A stretch of DNA of 31,449 nucleotides from a virus (Duplodnaviria; Caudoviricetes). Position numbers and translations under genes: made by a program. The notes under the pieces are model-generated. The model made no database searches. It was not told the DNA's origin and was given only the letters and a program-made list of their open reading frames with translations. Positions 25,604-31,449 of the stretch are shown here, piece after piece. How positions within the stretch are numbered: the stretch's first letter is position 1; each line of letters starts with the position of its first letter. The stretch covers positions 1-31,449 of IMG/VR virus record IMGVR_UViG_3300027863_000121. One strand, 5' to 3'.

Positions 25604-25873
25604 TCACCGCTTCACCGTTTCACCGTTGCTCTGCCACTTAGCCCGCCTCCTCCACTCCAGCAAGCGATGAATCTCATCAATCTGCCTCGGCAACGGCTTG
25701 ATGTCAACGGTTTGGTCAATGGCGGATTTGATGTCGTCAAGCGTCCAATCGCCCAAAGTCGTCGCAACTGCAATCCATTCAAGTCGCTGAATTGCACCGC
25801 TATCGCCGATAGCAAGATATGACCGAATGCCAAGTTCCTTCTCAAGCCATTCCAAGACTTCGTTCCTTGTCAT
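25604..25873 (-). CDS. Hypothetical protein
   Basis: GGGAGG RBS before ATG 25873 (MTRNEVLEW...). Confidence 0.6.
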   Translation of the reverse strand: MTRNEVLEWLEKELGIRSYLAIGDSGAIQRLEWIAVATTLGDWTLDDIKSAIDQTVDIKPLPRQIDEIHRLLEWRRRAKWQSNGETVKR

Positions 25874-25886
25874 TTCCGTCGCCTCC

Positions 25887-26606
25887 CTAATTCCCTGCGA
25901 TGATTGATTTCCTTTTCTCCAACGCTTCCCTTGCAGCCTTGCTTGATGCGGAAGCAAAAGCCCTCGTTGCTTGCTCAGCCATCTTCTCTGCCAAATCCTC
26001 ACGAAGCAACTTCTCCCACATCCGCTTTCGGGCTGCGTAAATGCGACGGATGAGCCGTTGTAAGTAGCGGATGGGAAGTTTTTGACCGGGCAAAAGACGC
26101 CTCTTTCCTCTCAACTTGCGGTCATGCTCAAAGAAAGTCTCAATTGCAGCGAAAGTCTCGGGTTCTCCGTTTCGCCTAACCGCTGCGGCGATGCGCCCAA
26201 GTAGTTCAGCCAGTTCGTGGATGTGGGCTGGGGTGAAGTAAGCCAAAAGTTTGTAAAGGGTCTCAAGGTGGTAGGAAGTCATGTTTTTGACAATCTTCCG
26301 ACCTCGCGGCGTCGTGTATCGCCACTGATAGTTGCGCCGCTTCGCAAATTCTTTGACCAACTCATCTAATTGCGGGCAATAAATCGGTTGACCGTTGTTC
26401 CAGACATCCTGCGTGATTTTCTCATCACCGTGGTTTGCCATCTCCTCCAACTTCGCCAGAACCGCCTCCTGATCGTCATACCGCAGATCGTGGGGCGACC
26501 AAATGCCATATCGCTCCCATAGCCACCGCCTTATCTTCTCATCGTCCTTGCTTATCACCTTTTTCGCCAATGCCCAAAATTTCCGCAACTTCTTCGTCTC
26601 CATCAT
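25887..26606 (-). CDS. GemA (Mu gp16/DUF1018)-like protein with C-terminal extension
   Basis: KKLRKFWALAKK...DDEKIRRWLWERYGIWSPHDL...EAVLAKL matches the GemA N-terminal pattern. Located after MuB. Confidence 0.6.
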   Translation of the reverse strand: MMETKKLRKFWALAKKVISKDDEKIRRWLWERYGIWSPHDLRYDDQEAVLAKLEEMANHGDEKITQDVWNNGQPIYCPQLDELVKEFAKRRNYQWRYTTPRGRKIVKNMTSYHLETLYKLLAYFTPAHIHELAELLGRIAAAVRRNGEPETFAAIETFFEHDRKLRGKRRLLPGQKLPIRYLQRLIRRIYAARKRMWEKLLREDLAEKMAEQATRAFASASSKAAREALEKRKSIIAGN

Positions 26607-26658
26607 TTCTGTTCACCTTCCAATCAATCGCTAATTGCCAGTCGCTGCCGAGACGGCA

Positions 26659-26727
26659 GGGGCGAGGGGGCGGGACGAAAGGGGCTACGGCTACTGGCGT
26701 GGCGGGCAAGTCGCTCCCCCTCGCCCC
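26659..26727. other. GC-rich 12-bp inverted repeat between the MuB-like and GemA-like genes
   Basis: GGGGCGAGGGGG (26659-70) and CCCCCTCGCCCC (26716-27); small hairpin CTGCCG-AGA-CGGCAG adjacent. Confidence 0.5.
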
Positions 26728-26735
26728 CCTGAGCC

Positions 26736-27470
26736 TCACCACTCAACGACAAGGTTCTTCGTCACAAACCGCAAATCCTGAACCGTAAGTTCGGTCGTCG
26801 GTTTCTTCCTTGCCGCCGCGTAGGCAAACAAGTGAGAAACCACTCGTTGGAGCCGCCTGAAGTTGCCCTGCGTAAGGTCATAGATGGCTTGCAGGAGTTC
26901 AGCGTTGAAATCAGCACCGTGAAGCAATTCCAAGTCAGGGAACGAAAGCGGCGGGACGACGAAACGCATCGCAACACGATCCCTCGCTTGCGGGTAACGG
27001 GAAAGCAACTTGACAATTTCGCCTTCGTGACCGATGAGCAAGATTGTCGCCCCGGTGAAGTCATGAAGCCTCCGAAAGACATCCAACGCCTTGCCTGTCA
27101 GCCACTGTGCTTCGTCAAGGAAAATTGTTCGTGGTGCATTGCCGTTGCCCGCCCACAACTCTAAAGCCTCTAATGCGTCCCACAACGATGCAGGCTGCCG
27201 ACCAGTTATTTCCGTCACGATTGTCCTGAAGAACCTGCTGGGCGATTTCTCCAAGATGACACGCTCAACGACTGTAATGAACGGGATGTTGTGTTTGCGG
27301 GCAAAGGACAATGCCCCGAAAGTTTTCCCGACACCCGGCTCACCTTCCAAAACTGCCATGCACCTTGAGCCGACGACTTCCCTCAAAAATGCCCAAGTCG
27401 CCTTGTAGGGTTGCGTTTCCCGCAACTTTGCTTCATCATAAGTTACTGGATTGACCATCAACCGACGCAT
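26736..27470 (-). CDS. MuB-like AAA+ transposition ATPase
   Basis: Walker A GEPGVGKT, Walker B IFLDEAQ, LLIGH, arginine finger DRV, GNFRRL. AAGGAGG RBS before ATG 27470. Confidence 0.92.
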   Translation of the reverse strand: MRRLMVNPVTYDEAKLRETQPYKATWAFLREVVGSRCMAVLEGEPGVGKTFGALSFARKHNIPFITVVERVILEKSPSRFFRTIVTEITGRQPASLWDALEALELWAGNGNAPRTIFLDEAQWLTGKALDVFRRLHDFTGATILLIGHEGEIVKLLSRYPQARDRVAMRFVVPPLSFPDLELLHGADFNAELLQAIYDLTQGNFRRLQRVVSHLFAYAAARKKPTTELTVQDLRFVTKNLVVEW

Positions 27471-29280
27471 GGCTGTTCGCCTCCTTCTCCTCATCGTTTT
27501 GTATCCACCAGAACCCCGCAAAGGGGTTCTCCTCTTCCCGCCTCTTTCTCAGCACTTCTTCAATCTCCTTCCTTTGTTGCTCAGCGAATATGTGCAAAAC
27601 TTCCATTTGCTCCTCCCAACTCATCTCGGGCTCTTCCTCCTCAAGGTCAACGGGCTTTGCTGGTCGGTAAGGCAGGAAGGTTTTGGGGTTAGCAAGGAAG
27701 GCATTGACTTGTGCGACAAACTCATCACGATACTTCAAAATCACATCGTCAACCCATTCGCCCTCTTTCTTTGCCTGCTCAACAATCTGCTTTATCCGCC
27801 TCACCATCGCCCGCTTGAATTCGGTCCAACATTGGGCTGTTTCGCTGTCTTCAATGTATCGCCAGCATGGGACTTCAATCGCTCTCGCCGCCTCTAAATC
27901 GCCACCCATCGGTTCGCCATTTAGGAAAACCCACGCACGAAAGTCGGGAGCGACATAAAGAGTGACCTTCCGTGTGTCGCCAAATGCAGCCATAATCGCT
28001 GTCCCATAGTTCCACCAACGATATCGACCCCAGAAAATCTCGCCGTCAGTTCGGGGCTTTCGTGGGACAGATGGCAGCAACATGACCCGAAGCATTTCCT
28101 CATTGAGTTCCGTCCTGTTGGCTTTCGCTTGAAAGAGTCCCAATCGTCGCCCATTCCAATGCGGACAAACTTGAGCGTTCCACTTTCGTGCCCAATCTTT
28201 CAGCAATTGGTTGAATTCTCGAACCGATAAAATCCGTCGCCCTGAGTCATCTACCCAATAAACCTCACCCGTTCTGGGATCAATCTCCTTGCGCAATTTC
28301 CCGCTTTCCGTAGTCGGCGGTCGGCTGTCGGGACGATTGAGCGAACCCAAGTAGCCGGGCAAGTAGGCTTCAAGTTGGCTATGGATGAACTGGAACAAGG
28401 CTTCAACTTGCGGCTTAGAGCCGGGATCGTAAGGGCGGGCATGTTGGACGCTTATCCGTAATTTTTTGCAAACCTTCTCAAGCGCCTGATTGTTTTCAAC
28501 CTTGCCCCAGTCAACAACAAGCACCTTCGGTTTCGCCTGAATGCCTGTCAGGTCACCCAAAAGGGCATCGGCGAACAATGAGTTGAATGCGGCGGCATCA
28601 AAGAAGGGGCTGAATTTGCCTTCAACCTGCCTCTTAACGGCAGCGATCGCCAAAACTGTCATCGTCCCTTGATCAATGAAAGCACCAATCTCATAACGAG
28701 CCACTTCTCCCTTCCACTCATCCCGCATCAACTGGATGTCGCTCTTTGACCTATCCGCCAACCAAACCATGCCCGGCGGAACGAGCGAAGTGTGGGAAGC
28801 CCGAAAGCGCTTGCGGAGATGCAGTTTGCCTTCCTTGTAAGCAGCTGGAAGCGACTGCAAAAAGCGAAGGGCAGTGTAGTAGGAAACGGTTTCATGTGGG
28901 CAATTATCGGACGATTGGCATTCAGGTGAGCATTCAAACTCTTGCAAATAAAACTGCCACAAAACCTTCGCAGGAAGATGCGCCGTCGCAGGATTGGACG
29001 CAAGGCGAGTTAAAACCGCCTTGTGACTCGGCAACAATTCCGAAGGTCGCCCCCGATCCAAATCATCCCTGCCATTACCATTGACAGATTTGAGCCATTT
29101 CAATATCGCAGGATGTGTTACTCTAATTGCTTTTGCCAGCGGTCTCAGTTCCCAACCGCTTTTCAATGCTTCCAACACAACTTTACCTCGCTCAACCACC
29201 GGCGCTCCCTCAGAAATTAGCGACTGCAACATCGCTACATATCTCCAGTCACCGCTCTTTCCTTTCCTCGCCATCTCCAT
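27436..29280 (-). CDS. MuA-like DDE transposase, 614 aa
   Basis: WLAD...D, VVDWG and PYDPGSKPQVE catalytic motifs; N-terminal HTH plus GRP motif; adjacent to the MuB-like gene. Confidence 0.9.
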   Translation of the reverse strand: MEMARKGKSGDWRYVAMLQSLISEGAPVVERGKVVLEALKSGWELRPLAKAIRVTHPAILKWLKSVNGNGRDDLDRGRPSELLPSHKAVLTRLASNPATAHLPAKVLWQFYLQEFECSPECQSSDNCPHETVSYYTALRFLQSLPAAYKEGKLHLRKRFRASHTSLVPPGMVWLADRSKSDIQLMRDEWKGEVARYEIGAFIDQGTMTVLAIAAVKRQVEGKFSPFFDAAAFNSLFADALLGDLTGIQAKPKVLVVDWGKVENNQALEKVCKKLRISVQHARPYDPGSKPQVEALFQFIHSQLEAYLPGYLGSLNRPDSRPPTTESGKLRKEIDPRTGEVYWVDDSGRRILSVREFNQLLKDWARKWNAQVCPHWNGRRLGLFQAKANRTELNEEMLRVMLLPSVPRKPRTDGEIFWGRYRWWNYGTAIMAAFGDTRKVTLYVAPDFRAWVFLNGEPMGGDLEAARAIEVPCWRYIEDSETAQCWTEFKRAMVRRIKQIVEQAKKEGEWVDDVILKYRDEFVAQVNAFLANPKTFLPYRPAKPVDLEEEEPEMSWEEQMEVLHIFAEQQRKEIEEVLRKRREEENPFAGFWWIQNDEEKEANSHASVDGQSSNL

Positions 29281-29512
29281 CGCCCCCGTTCACGAGTTCC
29301 AAAAGTTCGGGGAAGATGCGAACAAGTTTGAGAGTGTTCAAAACCGAAGGGGCACTTCTGCCTTTTTCCCACGCATTGACAGTGAGCCAACTCACTCCCA
29401 ATGCTTTTGCCAGCCGATATTTCGTCCATCCCCTTTTCAACCTCGCCGCCTTCAGTGCTTCATGGAAGCCTACTTTCCTTGCGACTTCCCGAAGCCTCAT
29501 GACCGTCGTCAC
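29249..29512 (-). CDS. Cro/Ner-like XRE HTH regulator
   Basis: LKAARLKRGWTKYRLAKALGVSWLTVNAWEKGRSAP; divergent from the repressor. Confidence 0.88.
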   Translation of the reverse strand: MTTVMRLREVARKVGFHEALKAARLKRGWTKYRLAKALGVSWLTVNAWEKGRSAPSVLNTLKLVRIFPELLELVNGGDGDGEERKER

Positions 29513-29545
29513 CTCTTATGCATGATTACATGCTCAGCGCTATGC

Positions 29546-29574
29546 ATTTTATCGTGCATCTTGCGCCTTGTAAA
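29546..29574 (-). promoter_or_regulatory. Early (lytic) promoter
   Basis: Minus strand TTTACA (29574-69), 17 bp, TAAAAT (29551-46). Confidence 0.7.
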
Positions 29575-29589
29575 GACTTGTGCCATAGT
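29561..29589 (+). promoter_or_regulatory. Repressor promoter overlapping the early promoter
   Basis: TTGCGC (29561-66), 17 bp, TGc-CATAGT (29584-89). Confidence 0.5.
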
Positions 29590-29641
29590 CAAAATCACGG
29601 ATTTTCCCGCCTGTTTTGGGCAATTTGAGAGGTGAACGAAA

Positions 29642-30268
29642 ATGAAGGATGGCTTCGTGGGTCAAAAGATCAAAGCGCTCCGTCAAGCCAGAGGTTGGTC
29701 GCAATATCGGCTCGCCAAAATAACAGGAATCCCACATCAGATGATCTCAGCATGGGAATCAGGGAAACAAAACCCGTCAGCCAAGCACCTTACCAAACTC
29801 GCTGCTGCCTTTGGGATACCTGTTGACGCCTTGCTTTATAGCCGTGACGCAAGGGTAGAAGATGGTAAGCCCATTTTGCGCCTACCCATTGTCTTGCGGG
29901 TTTCGGCAGGCAGCGGCAACGGCGGTCCTATTGTCCTTGAAGAAGCGGGAACGATTGAAGTCACCATAGAAGAAGCGATGGCTGCCGATGCTGCTATTGA
30001 AGTCAGCGGTGAAAGCATGTTGCCGACCTTAGAACCCGGCGACATTTGTGGCATCCGTTGGCAGGATTATCCTCCCGCTCACGGCAAACTTGTCGTTGCC
30101 TGCATTGACGACATAGACAAGCCAATTATCAAGCGTTACATTGACAAAGGAACTTATTTCGTCCTTCGTTCTGATAATCGCAAATTTGGAGATTACTCGT
30201 CCCGTGAGCACCAAATCCGCATCATTGGCAAGGTTGTTTGGATGAAGCGATGGTATGAAAGGCGTTAA
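29642..30268 (+). CDS. CI/LexA-like repressor (XRE HTH + S24 autopeptidase)
   Basis: N-terminal HTH, VSAG Ala-Gly cleavage site, SGESM serine and IKR lysine. Confidence 0.93.
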   Translation: MKDGFVGQKIKALRQARGWSQYRLAKITGIPHQMISAWESGKQNPSAKHLTKLAAAFGIPVDALLYSRDARVEDGKPILRLPIVLRVSAGSGNGGPIVLEEAGTIEVTIEEAMAADAAIEVSGESMLPTLEPGDICGIRWQDYPPAHGKLVVACIDDIDKPIIKRYIDKGTYFVLRSDNRKFGDYSSREHQIRIIGKVVWMKRWYERR

Positions 30269-30280
30269 GGGGGGATTTTG

Positions 30281-30865
30281 ATGGGACAACAAAATCCACA
30301 GCCATCAGCTCTGCGTGGATGCATTGCTTTGCTCCTCATCATTTTTGCGGTCTGGTGGTGTCTCTTCCGTCAACCATCAACCTACGAAGAGCCTAAATCA
30401 ACAACGCCACCAACTTCATCCCTTCACCCCAATGAACTCAAGCGCCATCGCCAAACTTTTGTTGACTTCCAATCAACCATTGTCATATACCGAGCCCGAT
30501 ACAATGGCTGCGTTTCCACTTGGCAGAAAATTTTCAATGACCTTTCTCGTCACCGCATTTCAGCATTACAGGCTTACGAACGCCTTCAAGCCCTGCAAAA
30601 AGCCGTTGACCTATTGCGCTGGTCATCATGGGAAATCCCCGAATCGCTCCCTAAGGATGTCTATGACCTGCTGAAACAAGCCGAGAACGATTACAGCCTT
30701 GCCGCAAAGGCTTTCTATGAAGCCATCGGGTTTGCGATGGAGTTTTTGGACACGGGCTCAGCAAACGCCTACACAAAAGCCAAAGAGCGCCTTCGGTGGG
30801 CGAACTCTCACATCCTTGAAGCCGACCTTGCCATCGCCAAAGCCAAAAAGAAGTTGGGTTTCTAA
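30281..30865 (+). CDS. Membrane-anchored helical protein co-transcribed with the repressor
   Basis: Single N-terminal TM (CIALLLIIFAVWWCLF), Pro/Thr linker, helical domain. Confidence 0.75.
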   Translation: MGQQNPQPSALRGCIALLLIIFAVWWCLFRQPSTYEEPKSTTPPTSSLHPNELKRHRQTFVDFQSTIVIYRARYNGCVSTWQKIFNDLSRHRISALQAYERLQALQKAVDLLRWSSWEIPESLPKDVYDLLKQAENDYSLAAKAFYEAIGFAMEFLDTGSANAYTKAKERLRWANSHILEADLAIAKAKKKLGF

Positions 30866-30939
30866 TGACTTGCCAAATCATTGCTAACCTTGTCCAGACC
30901 CAACGGTTGTATATTCCAAAACTGTCAAGGGGAACGGTG

Positions 30940-31048
30940 ATTTTGGTGACCAAAAGGGGGTCACCAAAATTCGCTTCAGATAGGTCACCAAAATCAGGTC
31001 ACCAAAACGCTCCAAAATGTCCGATAATTTTTCAAAGGTCACCAAAAT
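30940..31048. repeat. Right-end GGTCACCAAAA(T) repeats
   Basis: Direct copies at 30959, 30983, 30997 and 31037; inverted copy at 30940-30951. Confidence 0.85.
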
Positions 31049-31162
31049 CCGAGCCGACACAAAACACCCTAAAAACGAGCCAAAACACCCTCAAAATTCC
31101 ATCCCAACCTCACCAACTGTCAATTTTTGCAACCGAATTTCAATTCCGAATGCAAATGAGCG

Positions 31163-31167
31163 ACATC
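31163..31167 (+). repeat. Target-site duplication ACATC, right copy
   Basis: Matches 276-280. Confidence 0.92.
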
Positions 31168-31449
31168 TCGCTCAACTCTCAAGCCTTCTTCAAAGCGGGT
31201 TGGCTTAACGCTTGCGGTTTCGTGACCTTGCAACGCAACATCGTGATTGAGCCTAAAGGGACTGCCGTTGAAGTCAACAACATCGGACCACTGTTGCTCA
31301 TTGACAACATTTTCGTCTCGAAGACAGCACCTGTCGTCAAGGTTCGGAGGGATGCAGGCTTTTTCTCCATCGGTAACACCTTTACGGTCAAAAACGCAGT
31401 TGATGCGAACCCGCAGGCTGTTAGGTTGGACGAAAAGTTTGTCCCAACA
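31168..31449 (+). pseudogene. 3' continuation of the interrupted host beta-helix gene (open at window edge)
   Basis: Stop-free frame SLNSQAFFKAGWLNACGFVTLQRNIVIEP...GNTFTV..., in register with ...RGNI at 280. Confidence 0.8.

Larger units (their letters stand above)
281..31162. mobile_element. Transposable Mu-like prophage (siphovirus-type tail), 30,882 bp
   Basis: 5-bp TSD, restored host ORF, DDE transposase plus AAA ATPase pair, GemA-like gene, Mu gp27/gp29/gpI/gpG/gp36-like late genes, subterminal repeats at both ends. Confidence 0.95.

Noticed and set aside
31017-31391. ORFs 31017-31208 (+) and 31179-31391 (-)
   Set aside because: The first spans end repeats and the junction; the second is antisense to the host gene remnant.

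Overview
The window is almost entirely one apparently complete ~30.9 kb transposable (Mu-like) prophage (281-31162). It is inserted in a host gene for a probable right-handed beta-helix (pectate-lyase-like) protein. A 5-bp target-site duplication (ACATC, 276-280 and 31163-31167) flanks it, and removing the element plus one copy restores the host reading frame exactly. The phage has a CI-like HTH+S24 repressor and a divergent Cro/Ner-like gene, a MuA-like DDE transposase, a MuB-like AAA ATPase and a GemA-like gene. It also has a string of small early genes, Mu-type head and neck genes, a lysis cassette and a siphovirus-type tail module with a G/GT -1 frameshift. Unusual points: (1) termini are CGC...GCG instead of TG...CA; (2) the large terminase looks lambda-gpA-like and is transcribed divergently from the small subunit; (3) the late gene order is shuffled and several breakpoints carry ~140-180 bp heptamer-built palindromic repeats; (4) the amidase endolysin is circularly permuted; (5) a truncated MuF carries an HEXXH/LPD1-like domain; (6) there is a candidate Crn4-like cyclic-oligoadenylate nuclease; (7) a GT-A glycosyltransferase lies in the late operon; (8) a structured control region precedes the portal gene. 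Protein family calls come from motif recognition only; no database search was run.
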